From: an uncultured Spirochaetota bacterium
GTDB lineage: Bacteria; Spirochaetota; Brevinematia; Brevinematales; JAOACQ01
Direction of reading: 5' to 3'
DNA: 64,000 nt
NCBI GenBank assembly: GCA_963783575.1
Contig: CAWAOD010000006.1
Location: forward strand, 32,001-96,000
Part shown: positions 1-10,444 of the stretch, one piece after another
Layout of the letters: each line of letters starts with the position of its first letter
How positions within the stretch are numbered: position 1 is the stretch's first letter
Notes under the pieces: model-generated
Seen by the model: the letters and a program-made list of their open reading frames with translations, nothing else
The model's database searches: none
Told to the model about the DNA's origin: nothing
Made by a program: the position numbers and the translations under genes

Positions 1-204
1 TGGGTTGTTTTTTAAAAAATCCCTGATTTCATCAAGAATTTCATCGGATGGAATATATTCTTTCCGGTCAATTAACAAATTACCGCTTTTACCGCATTCG
101 CAGTAAACACAGTTATAGGAACAGACTTTAAGCGGAACCAAATCGATACCGAGGGAAATTCCAAGCCTCCTTGATGGAACCGGCCCATATATATGTTTGT
201 ACAT
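1..204 (-). CDS. Radical SAM Fe-S oxidoreductase (COG0731-like), 5' part; runs off window edge
   Basis: Hand translation, not in ORF track: MYKHIYGPVPSRRLGISLGIDLVPLKVCSYNCVYCECG; CxxxCxxC motif; purine-rich RBS upstream. Confidence 0.85.
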   Translation of the reverse strand, partial: MYKHIYGPVPSRRLGISLGIDLVPLKVCSYNCVYCECGKSGNLLIDRKEYIPSDEILDEIRDFLKNNP

Positions 205-384
205 TTTACCTTCCTTAACAGACATTATGGATAATAATTTGATTGAAAAATTCTACTGCACCTGTTTTTTAATTTAATGTTTCAATACATTACGTTTGGA
301 TTAAATTTATCGAATAATAAATGATGTATATTTATTTTAACATTGATTGGCGGATTAATAAAATCTTTGGTGTTCAATGATATC

Positions 385-711
385 TTATAATAAATTATCG
401 ATTTTTGCTGCCAGAATAAAATCATTCATTGATAAACCGCCGATTTTATGTGTTGATAGATCTATATTTACTTTATTGTATGAAATAAAAATATCCGGAT
501 GATGATCTTCGGAATTGGCAAGGCCGGCAATTTTATTCACAAATTCCATCGATTCCATAAAATTCTTTAATAGAAAGTCGCGGTGTATTGTTGAATTAAT
601 AATAGACCATTCAGGAATTTCTTTCAAGTACACTTTAGCTTGATTTGAAGATACCGGCTGTTCAGTTTTTTCGATATGTCTGCATTTTAAATCTTTTAAC
701 ATATTAACCAC
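385..711 (-). CDS. phhB: Pterin-4-alpha-carbinolamine dehydratase
   Basis: EDHHPDI and LSTHKIGGLSMNDFILAAKID motifs; start may be ATG at 702. Confidence 0.9.
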   Translation of the reverse strand: MVNMLKDLKCRHIEKTEQPVSSNQAKVYLKEIPEWSIINSTIHRDFLLKNFMESMEFVNKIAGLANSEDHHPDIFISYNKVNIDLSTHKIGGLSMNDFILAAKIDNLL

Positions 712-1087
712 CCTTTCAAGCGTATCGATTATCCCGGTTTTTTCTTAAAAATTATTGAAATTGATTAATAGGGATTAATAAATATAATAATAAAAATAAA
801 TATAATCAATATCAATGTAAAATTTATTAGTTTTAATCCCTTCTTAATATTTATTCGATGTTTTCCTATATCGATCAGCAAAAAAGAATATAATATTAGT
901 TTAACAAAAATATTTTAAAAAATAGTCTTATTGATTATCAGGATTCTTACCAGAATATAAAACTGAATTAGAAGCAAAATGGATTTATTCAGGCAGTACA
1001 GCAGTGGAGCAATATTTACATACTTTCCCTCACAATTGACTTCTTTTTAATCCCGCCTTAATATCTATTGGAAGCATTTTCCGATAA

Positions 1088-2650
1088 ATGATTCACCGGT
1101 TAAGAGGAAAAGACATGAATTTAACGATAAAACAGAATACTCCTAACGAAAAATCATATAGGGGATCGCTTAATAACACGGAACAAAACAAAAATGAACA
1201 GAATTATAGTTTAAAACTGAAAATCATTAATTATATTGTCAATGGGAAAATTGATACTTTTTCCAAATTAAAACAAATTATTGAGGATCAAAATATACTT
1301 TTTGATAAAGAATTTATTTCGGATGCATTTCAAGTAATAAAAAAACTTTACTGGGGCTTTTTCGCCGGTTTAAGCCATGATAAATTTAATAAACTATGGA
1401 AAGAATTGATAATAACGGATCAGGATTTCCCGGAATTCGGCGATTTAAAAAAATATATGCAGGTTTCAGAAATTTATATAGCGATACTTGATATACATGG
1501 CTACACAAAATTCTGCCAGGAAAAAAAGAAAAATATTTCAATGCTTCAGAGATTAGATTATTTTTTAAGCAATCAGATAGTAAAATGTGCTACCAATTTC
1601 GGTGTTCTGGCTAACCGTGAACGGGGTGATGAAGTTGTTCTTGTTGGCGCCAGCGCAATAGAAATCCTCAGCGCATCTTTTGAAATTATTGAATTATTCT
1701 CAAAATCAAAAAAAATAAGTTCTGCGGGAGAAATTTCCTCGGATATTTTTTTACCAGAGTTTAAGATATCGGCTGGAATCGCCGGAGGACAGCCTTCAAT
1801 CCCTTTAATAATTACCGAAAGGGGCAATCTTTCCGGCTTTTTGATAAATTCGGCGGCCAGGCTGCAGGGAAGAGCTAATACGATATCACCAAATGAAACT
1901 ATTATAATGGTTGAACAGTATGTAATGCTGAATTATACAAAAAACGGGCATAATCAAAAGGGTTATATTGACAATCTCCAATTTTTTTATAACGGTGAGA
2001 TTGATTTCAAAGGCGTTAGCCTAAACACTTACGAAGTATTTACATTTGTACCTGAACATATCTATAAAATACAAATTGAAAAGGCATTTATAGAACTCCA
2101 GGATATGATCAAGGATAACCAGTGGCATAATAAAGTACTCACAAGCCTCTGTGATCTTGTAATCCTTACTTCGCGGGTAATTGAACCCTTCAATTTCTGT
2201 ATTGAATTTGAAGGTCATGAAATAAAAATAAACAACAATCTTATAATACAGGAATTCACAAACATCAAGAATATTTATTCCAATATAAACAATTTTAATC
2301 TGGCCATGGAAAAACTGTGCAGGATGTGCGATATTATAAACAGATGCGCAGGTTTTGATAAACTTGTTGCTGAATACTGCCGGCATATCTATCAAATCTA
2401 CCAGAAACCTTTTGAAATATATAATCAGCTTTTTACTCAATATATTCATGAAAACAAAACAAGGATATTTTCCATTGATGAATTGAAAATATTCGATCTG
2501 TATTCACAAATTCAAAAAAGTTTTGACAAACTTATGGAACACATGCATAATACTGAAAATGTTAAAGAAAAGAGACTTTCATTCTGGTTCAGGGCAATCG
2601 AGTTAGCTAAGGATAAAATGGATTTCAGTATCCATTCGGGGAAAAAATAA
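1088..2650 (+). CDS. Divergent class III nucleotidyl cyclase domain protein
   Basis: AILDIHGYT, RERGDEVV and GFLINSAARLQG motifs; helical flanks of unknown function. Confidence 0.7.
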   Translation: MIHRLRGKDMNLTIKQNTPNEKSYRGSLNNTEQNKNEQNYSLKLKIINYIVNGKIDTFSKLKQIIEDQNILFDKEFISDAFQVIKKLYWGFFAGLSHDKFNKLWKELIITDQDFPEFGDLKKYMQVSEIYIAILDIHGYTKFCQEKKKNISMLQRLDYFLSNQIVKCATNFGVLANRERGDEVVLVGASAIEILSASFEIIELFSKSKKISSAGEISSDIFLPEFKISAGIAGGQPSIPLIITERGNLSGFLINSAARLQGRANTISPNETIIMVEQYVMLNYTKNGHNQKGYIDNLQFFYNGEIDFKGVSLNTYEVFTFVPEHIYKIQIEKAFIELQDMIKDNQWHNKVLTSLCDLVILTSRVIEPFNFCIEFEGHEIKINNNLIIQEFTNIKNIYSNINNFNLAMEKLCRMCDIINRCAGFDKLVAEYCRHIYQIYQKPFEIYNQLFTQYIHENKTRIFSIDELKIFDLYSQIQKSFDKLMEHMHNTENVKEKRLSFWFRAIELAKDKMDFSIHSGKK

Positions 2651-2680
2651 TTTTTTAAAATAATAAAATAGGAGGCTTTT

Positions 2681-3877
2681 ATGAATATAGCTCTGTTTCT
2701 GGATTGTTTTGCACCGATGAAAAATGGAGTAATAACCTCGGCGATGCAGTTGAAAGAAGGCTTGGAAAAAAAAGGGCATCATGTTGTTATTGCTACCGTC
2801 CATATAAAGGGTTATGTTAACGACGATCCGAACGTTATTATGTTTCCCCTTATACCCTTTGATTTCGGATCAAAACAGGGATTTGGCCCCGCTATTGTTA
2901 ATATGAAAAAGCTGCTCGGTTTTTTAAAAGATAATAAAATTGATTTGATTCATGTCCATACGGAATTTTCGCTCGGCCTGGCGGGCCGTAATGCGGCATT
3001 GAAATTAAAAATTCCACGCATTACAACAACTCATACCATGTGGGAACAGTATACAAACTATTCATTCCTTTTAAAATTAAAAACCTTATTCCGAACTTAT
3101 TTAAGGTATTATTTAAAAGGTACGAATGTTATCGTAGCCCCCTCGATTAAAGCTAAGAAATATGACCAGATGGTTGTTCCAAAAATACCTGTTCAGATTG
3201 TTCCGAATGGAATCGACATGCAGAAATTCAAATCGGCTTCCTTAACTGAAAATGATATTAATGATCTCAGGACAAAATACGGGATAAAGCCAAACGACAA
3301 ACTTTTAATTTTTGTTGGAAGAATTGGGCCGGAAAAGAGGGTGGAAGAGCTTTTCAATTCCGTTGTTCCTGTAATAAAGAAATATCCGAATGTTAAAATG
3401 GTTTACGTTGGAGATGGTCCATCTTCCGGTACCTTGAAGGAAAAAGCCAAAAGTTTGGGGCTTGAAAATTCGTTTATATTTACCGGCTTTATAAGCTGGG
3501 ATGTTGTTTACAGGCTCTATTCAATAGCAAACATATTTGTTACATCTTCTTTGAGCGAAGTGCATCCGATGACATTGATTGAAGGTGCAATGTGTGGACT
3601 TCCATCCATCGCACGCAGGGATGACAGTTATCTTGACCTTGTCCATCCTAGGAAAAACGGCTATCTTGTTGACACCGATGAGGAAATGACGGAAAAAATT
3701 GAAAAACTGATAAATGACGAGGCTCTATCAAAGGAATTTTCCAGGAATGCGTTTGAGATTTCAAAGCTCTTCACGGCTGAAACACATGTTAACCGGATGG
3801 AAAAACTATACCGGAAAGTATTGGAATATTATCCGGATAAACTGGAAAAGCTTAAGGATGAGAATCTGTTAGACTAA
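2681..3877 (+). CDS. Glycosyltransferase family 4 (DAG glucosyltransferase-like)
   Basis: NGVITS, HVHTEFSLG, FVGRIGPEK, SEVHPMTLIEGA. Confidence 0.9.
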   Translation: MNIALFLDCFAPMKNGVITSAMQLKEGLEKKGHHVVIATVHIKGYVNDDPNVIMFPLIPFDFGSKQGFGPAIVNMKKLLGFLKDNKIDLIHVHTEFSLGLAGRNAALKLKIPRITTTHTMWEQYTNYSFLLKLKTLFRTYLRYYLKGTNVIVAPSIKAKKYDQMVVPKIPVQIVPNGIDMQKFKSASLTENDINDLRTKYGIKPNDKLLIFVGRIGPEKRVEELFNSVVPVIKKYPNVKMVYVGDGPSSGTLKEKAKSLGLENSFIFTGFISWDVVYRLYSIANIFVTSSLSEVHPMTLIEGAMCGLPSIARRDDSYLDLVHPRKNGYLVDTDEEMTEKIEKLINDEALSKEFSRNAFEISKLFTAETHVNRMEKLYRKVLEYYPDKLEKLKDENLLD

Positions 3878-3881
3878 TTAG

Positions 3882-5087
3882 ATGCCCTCGTTATATATTC
3901 ATATTCCTTTTTGTAAAAGCAAATGCCCCTATTGCGGCTTCATAAGCGGTTTAAAACCCATTAAAGAAAGCTTTGACAAGTATGTTGGTTATCTTTGCAG
4001 GGAAATGAATTTGTTTCTTAAATCAAATCCCCTGAATAATAAAATATCCACTCTATATATTGGGGGCGGTACTCCTTCACTACTATCACCGGATAATATT
4101 GAACGGTTGTTTTCTTATATTTACAAAAATTTTAACTTCAACGGCGATGAAATAACCTTTGAAGCAAACCCAGATGATGTTACAAAAGAAATTGCCAATA
4201 TATGGAAAAACGCAGGAATAAACCGTGTCAGTCTGGGTTTCCAGTCAATGCAGGGCAACATTCTTAAATTTCTTGGCCGGAGAAATACGGCCAGTCAGAA
4301 TATGCGATCTATGGAAATACTACGTAATGCTGGTTTTACAAATATAAGCATCGATTTAATCGGCTCCATCCGCGGCGAAGATTTTATAAAATCTATTTCC
4401 GGTGTTCTCGTATTAGATCCGGAGCATATCTCGGTGTATCAGCTTTCCATTGAAGAAAAAACACTTCTCTTTCAGAGAGTCAGGAATAAAGAATACATTC
4501 CATTAAGCGACAAAGAATATATTAAAAGATACTGGAAAACAAACGATATACTTGAGAAAAACGGCTATGATCATTATGAAATTTCAAATTATGCTTTTTT
4601 AAATACCGCCGGTAATAAAGTTTGTACATACGGACTTCATAACGGTAATTATTGGGATTACGGGGAATATATTGGAATAGGGCTGGGGGCTTCGGGATTT
4701 TTATACAATAAAAATCAGTCTGTTTTAAAAACAAAAAATTCCATAAATGGCTTTTCAGGAATGAGATGGACTAATTCAACGAACATTAATGAATATTTTA
4801 TAAAGATTGATAAGAATCTTTTACCGCAGGGTTTTGCCGAAGAAATTGACGCTGTTACCGCTATAAAAGAATACTTAATGCTTGGTCTGCGTAAAAAAAA
4901 TGGAGTGGACGCCGGGTCTTTCCAAAGATTTTTTAATTGCAGGTTTTTTGATGTAATTGATTGTAATTCCCTCCAAAAACTTTCGGGATTTCTTGAGATA
5001 ACTTCTGATAATTTACACCTTACAAGTAATGGTATCAATGTTGCAGATTCTGTAATCAGAGAAATCTGGGAATTGATAAAATATTAA
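3882..5087 (+). CDS. hemW: Radical SAM heme chaperone HemW
   Basis: LYIHIPFCKSKCPYC, GGGTPS, YEISNYA, HN..YW, GxGASG. Confidence 0.85.
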   Translation: MPSLYIHIPFCKSKCPYCGFISGLKPIKESFDKYVGYLCREMNLFLKSNPLNNKISTLYIGGGTPSLLSPDNIERLFSYIYKNFNFNGDEITFEANPDDVTKEIANIWKNAGINRVSLGFQSMQGNILKFLGRRNTASQNMRSMEILRNAGFTNISIDLIGSIRGEDFIKSISGVLVLDPEHISVYQLSIEEKTLLFQRVRNKEYIPLSDKEYIKRYWKTNDILEKNGYDHYEISNYAFLNTAGNKVCTYGLHNGNYWDYGEYIGIGLGASGFLYNKNQSVLKTKNSINGFSGMRWTNSTNINEYFIKIDKNLLPQGFAEEIDAVTAIKEYLMLGLRKKNGVDAGSFQRFFNCRFFDVIDCNSLQKLSGFLEITSDNLHLTSNGINVADSVIREIWELIKY

Positions 5088-5147
5088 ATTCTGGATATAA
5101 TTTGATAAGGTTTCTAATTTTCTTAAAATTATTTTGAGGTATTTAAA

Positions 5148-5975
5148 ATGAATTTTATTCCAGGGTATTGTCCGCCTGAGAATTCCGGTATATCATACTG
5201 GTTCCTTTTTAATAATGACCAGATATATGTGACTTTAGACAATGATAAATTTGCTGTACCGGTTTTAGATAGAGAATTAATCGAAAATAACAGAGTTCGT
5301 TATATTCATTATCTTGGAGGCCTTGACGGTTATTCATGCTTTACGGCTGAGATTTCTGAAAAAAATTCCATAATAGAGAAATTTTCTCCTGAGAATATAC
5401 GGAAATTATTCGGCCGAATTGATGATAAGCTTTTTCAAATATCATTAACCGCGTATCATATTTTGAATTGGGATAAAAACAGCCAGTATTGCGGGAAATG
5501 CGGTTCAGTAACCGTCAATAAAAAGGATGAAAGGGCAAAGATATGCTCGAAATGCGGGCATGTCATTTTTCCCAGAATCTCACCGGCTGTTATTGTTGCA
5601 ATAATTAATGAAGATAAAATCCTTTTGGCAAGGGCTAACCGGTTTTCATCTAACTTTTACAGCGTAATCGCAGGGTTTGTTGAACCCGGTGAAAGTATGG
5701 AAGACTGCGTAATAAGGGAAGTTAAAGAAGAAACCGGTATTGAGGTAAAGAACATAAGGTATTTCGGAAGCCAGCCATGGCCGTTTCCAGATTCTTTGAT
5801 GGCCGGGTTTATTGCCGATTACGCAGGAGGCGAAATCAGGATAGATAATAAAGAAATTTTAGATGCCGGATGGTACAAAGCAGATCAGTTTCCCCAAATT
5901 CCTGAAAGAATTAGCATTGCAAGAAGCCTGATTGATTGGTTTGTTGAAAATCAGAAAAAAATTTGTGAACGCTAG
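5148..5975 (+). CDS. nudC: NAD(+) diphosphatase
   Basis: Zn ribbon CGKCG/CSKCG, Nudix box, SQPWPFPDSLM. Confidence 0.93.
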   Translation: MNFIPGYCPPENSGISYWFLFNNDQIYVTLDNDKFAVPVLDRELIENNRVRYIHYLGGLDGYSCFTAEISEKNSIIEKFSPENIRKLFGRIDDKLFQISLTAYHILNWDKNSQYCGKCGSVTVNKKDERAKICSKCGHVIFPRISPAVIVAIINEDKILLARANRFSSNFYSVIAGFVEPGESMEDCVIREVKEETGIEVKNIRYFGSQPWPFPDSLMAGFIADYAGGEIRIDNKEILDAGWYKADQFPQIPERISIARSLIDWFVENQKKICER

Positions 5976-6073
5976 TTCGGCAGCAACACGATGTTGCATA
6001 CTTTACAGATACAAATATTTCTATTATAATATAAACTGTCTAAAATTTATACCTATAGAGGAGTTTTAGTAAA

Positions 6074-8548
6074 ATGGCAAAAGATGAGATTTTCGATACA
6101 TCACAGATGATTGATTCTTATTTTGAAGATGAAATAAAAACATCTTATTTGAACTATGCTTACAGCGTCATTACAAGCCGCGCGATCCCTGATGTCAGGG
6201 ACGGAGTTAAACCGGTTCAGCGGAGAATTTTATTTACGATGTCCGAACTTTCGCTCTGGCATGATAAGCAAACGAAAAAAAGCGCAAGAATCATCGGGGA
6301 TGTTCTGGGAAAATATCATCCTCATGGAGATTCATCCATATATATGGCTATGGTTAAAATGGCCCAGGATTTCCACATGAGATACCCGCTTGTTCAGGGA
6401 CAGGGGAATATTGGTTCGATAGACGATGATCCTCCGGCGGCAATGCGATATACCGAGGCAAAACTTACGAAAGTCGCCGAATTTATGCTTACGGATATTG
6501 ATAAAAACACAGTTGACTTCAAAACTAATTTCGACGATTCTATGCAGGAACCGTCAGTACTGCCCGGAAAATTTCCCAATCTGCTCTGTAACGGCACAAC
6601 CGGTATTGCTGTTGGAATGGCGACCGATATTCCGCCGCATAATTTTACGGAAGTAGCTAATGCGATCTCGGCATATATCGCAAATCCGGCAATAACAATC
6701 GAAGGATTGATGCATCATATCAAAGGACCCGATTTTCCAACCTGCGGTTTATTAACCGATACCTCGTCACTCAGGGAAACATATGAGAAAGGCTACGGTT
6801 CGATTGAGCTTGCCGGTAAAATAACCGTCGAAGAAAAAGGCAATCATAAGGATATCATTATAACCGAGATTCCGTACAGGGTTGTCAAATCCAAGCTTGT
6901 TGAAGAGATAACAAATCTTTACCTGAATAACGAGAGTAAATATAATATAATCCTCCGCGGGATAAAAGAAGTACGCGATGAATCTGGGAAGGAAGGGATA
7001 AGGATCGTTGTTGAGCTATTCCGGGACGCCAATCTGGAAGCGATTAAAACCACGCTTTACAGCCAGACCGCTCTGAAAGTCAGGCTGAAAGTCAACATGA
7101 CAGGGCTTGTGAAGAACCATCCAAGGGTTTTAAACCTCAAAGACCTTATCCACAACTACGTCGAACACAGAAGGGAAGTCATTATCAGAAGGACGCAGTT
7201 CGATCTTGATAAGGCTCTTGCTAGGATTCACATTGTCGATGGGCTTCTTATTGCGCTTGAAAATATCGATGAAGTAATAAAAACTATCAAGACCTCTAAA
7301 GATACACCCACGGCAAGAACTAACCTGATGTCAAGATTCAGGCTGTCGGAGATACAGGCTGATGCAATACTGGACATGCGGCTCCAGAAATTAACAGGTC
7401 TTGAGACCAATAAACTTAAAGAAGAAAAACAGGCACTGGAGAAATTGATAAGCGAACTGAGGGAAATCCTCGGCAACGCTAAAAAAAGAGATGAAATCAT
7501 CAACAATGAACTGGCCGAGATGGTAATCGCAATAGGCGACGAAAGAAAAACCAAATTCGAAGAGATCTTCACGGAAAAAATAGAAACGGAAGAATTGATC
7601 AGTAATGATCCGATTCTGCTTACGGTTTCCAAAAAAGGCTTCATCATCCGTGAAGTCGGCAACTATTTGAAGACCGGCTCGAGGGGATCCCGTGGAAGAA
7701 GAGGAGATGTTACCGATACCGACAGGCTCGAATCCGACGACTATATTTTCGCCACGGTTTCCGGTAACCTGAAAGACACAATCCTTTTTGTGACCGATTC
7801 GGGAAGGATTTACTCGCTTAAAGCTTACGAAATCAGGGGTGATGTAGATGGAAAGATCACCCGCTCGCATATCCGGAATATCGAAAGGCTGAGAGAAATC
7901 GAGATCAGGGGAGAGGCAATCACGGCGGTTCTTCTGGTCGCTGAGTTCAGCAGTAATTCCTACATCCTGTTCATTACAAAAAAAGGCAAAGCAGCGCGTA
8001 TTGCGCTTTCCAGTTTTAGCAGCATAATCCGTACCGGTGTAAACAGTATCAAGCTCAAACCGGGAGACGCAGTTATTAGGGCCATCATTACAGATGGAAC
8101 TAAAAAGCTCTTTCTTGTAAAGCGAAATGCGAAGGGTTTCCGTTTTGATGAAAACCTGTTTCCGGCGCATAACCGTGGTGTCGGCGGTGAAAAAGCCACA
8201 TCCGTAACTGCCCCTGAAGAGGAAGTGCTAGGTATGGAGCTGGCCGATGAGAATAAATCCATAATCTTCATAACAAAAGACGGCAAAGGTAGAAAGGTTT
8301 CACCCTCGGAATTTACCGAGCTCGTCAATAGGGGCGGGAAGGGACATAAACTGGTTGAGCTAGGTAAGAGAAGGTTCCTTGCAAGCTACACCCTCTGCGA
8401 AGCAGGAGATGCCGTGATTATCACCACAAAGAACGGCAGAAGGATATCATTCCCGGTTGATTCGATCGAGTCGAACTTATTAAAGCTTATAGATATTGTG
8501 GGAGACGATGAGGTATCATCGATTTCTACAATAGATGTGACAGAATAA
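6074..8548 (+). CDS. Type IIA topoisomerase subunit A (GyrA or ParC)
   Basis: [22 protein letters not shown], catalytic AAMRYTE, beta-pinwheel CTD; GyrA box degenerate (GSRGSRG); no B subunit adjacent. Confidence 0.92.
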   Translation: MAKDEIFDTSQMIDSYFEDEIKTSYLNYAYSVITSRAIPDVRDGVKPVQRRILFTMSELSLWHDKQTKKSARIIGDVLGKYHPHGDSSIYMAMVKMAQDFHMRYPLVQGQGNIGSIDDDPPAAMRYTEAKLTKVAEFMLTDIDKNTVDFKTNFDDSMQEPSVLPGKFPNLLCNGTTGIAVGMATDIPPHNFTEVANAISAYIANPAITIEGLMHHIKGPDFPTCGLLTDTSSLRETYEKGYGSIELAGKITVEEKGNHKDIIITEIPYRVVKSKLVEEITNLYLNNESKYNIILRGIKEVRDESGKEGIRIVVELFRDANLEAIKTTLYSQTALKVRLKVNMTGLVKNHPRVLNLKDLIHNYVEHRREVIIRRTQFDLDKALARIHIVDGLLIALENIDEVIKTIKTSKDTPTARTNLMSRFRLSEIQADAILDMRLQKLTGLETNKLKEEKQALEKLISELREILGNAKKRDEIINNELAEMVIAIGDERKTKFEEIFTEKIETEELISNDPILLTVSKKGFIIREVGNYLKTGSRGSRGRRGDVTDTDRLESDDYIFATVSGNLKDTILFVTDSGRIYSLKAYEIRGDVDGKITRSHIRNIERLREIEIRGEAITAVLLVAEFSSNSYILFITKKGKAARIALSSFSSIIRTGVNSIKLKPGDAVIRAIITDGTKKLFLVKRNAKGFRFDENLFPAHNRGVGGEKATSVTAPEEEVLGMELADENKSIIFITKDGKGRKVSPSEFTELVNRGGKGHKLVELGKRRFLASYTLCEAGDAVIITTKNGRRISFPVDSIESNLLKLIDIVGDDEVSSISTIDVTE

Positions 8549-8564
8549 AATCCGGAGAGTAAAT

Positions 8565-9257
8565 ATGCAGAATTATGATTGCATTATATTTGATCTTTAC
8601 AACACAATTATAGATGATACATTCGGGATAAAAGAGAGGGAAAGGTTTATTCTTGACAATATCTATACTATCCTTGATAAATCATTGTTTCCTGTTAAAT
8701 TTAACCTGATTGAGAAAAAATATAAGGAAATGATCCAATACATGGAAGATTTCCATAAAAAGACCCGTAGGGCTTTTATCCCTTTTTACCAGGTTGCGAA
8801 ACTGCTTAATCTTCTTAACATCGGCGATAATGTGGTTTTTAAAAAAGTTTATGACTGCTACGTCGACGCAATCCTTCAGATCGAACCCAAGCTTGTAAAA
8901 AATGTGGAAAGATCACTCGATCTGCTGAAAGAAAGGAACAAGAAAATCGGATTGATATCCAATACCGGAAGGACCCCGGGTTATGTTATAAGAATGCTGT
9001 TAAAACAGTTGAATATTCTTGCTTATTTCGATGATTTAACCTTTTCCGATGAGGTTGGATTTTTAAAGCCTGAACCGGTAATATTTGAACTCGCGCTGAA
9101 AAAATTAGGGGCTGATAAGAAAAACACCATTTTTATCGGTGATATAAAAACAAGCGATTATAACGGTGCCGTTAAAGCCGGGTTGAACGCGCATCTTTTC
9201 CGCAGGGAAGAAGAGGATTTATATCAGCTTGTTGTTAATTATACCGGTGAATATTAG
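8565..9257 (+). CDS. HAD family hydrolase
   Basis: IFDLYNT, ISNT, KPEP, GD...D motifs. Confidence 0.88.
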   Translation: MQNYDCIIFDLYNTIIDDTFGIKERERFILDNIYTILDKSLFPVKFNLIEKKYKEMIQYMEDFHKKTRRAFIPFYQVAKLLNLLNIGDNVVFKKVYDCYVDAILQIEPKLVKNVERSLDLLKERNKKIGLISNTGRTPGYVIRMLLKQLNILAYFDDLTFSDEVGFLKPEPVIFELALKKLGADKKNTIFIGDIKTSDYNGAVKAGLNAHLFRREEEDLYQLVVNYTGEY

Positions 9258-9334
9258 GTAAGCAGCATGATGGCCATCCATATTTATAAATATGATAATA
9301 AATTATCGATTATTCAATAAGGGTCAAGCACCTG

Positions 9335-9371
9335 CCCTGAGTACCCCGGCCCAGCCGGGGGTATCGAAGGG
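9335..9371. repeat. GC-rich REP-like hairpin CCCTGAG...CGAAGGG with nested CCCCGGC/GCCGGGG stem
   Basis: Visible nested inverted repeat in an AT-rich intergenic region upstream of pheS. Confidence 0.45.
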
Positions 9372-9395
9372 TCATGCTTGGCAGGAGAATTTTAT

Positions 9396-10421
<1,026 letters not shown>

Positions 10422-10444
10422 CCTCAAGAACGGGAGGAATAAAA

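Noticed and set aside
7228..8328. Long antisense ORFs within the topoisomerase gene, and similar shadow ORFs elsewhere
   Set aside because: Opposite well-supported genes and lack motifs; the exception is 59404-59733, which reflects the inversion
9316..9375. T-box riboswitch upstream of pheS
   Set aside because: AATAAGGGT is not followed by GGNACC; the leader is too short for stem I and has no U-tract terminator
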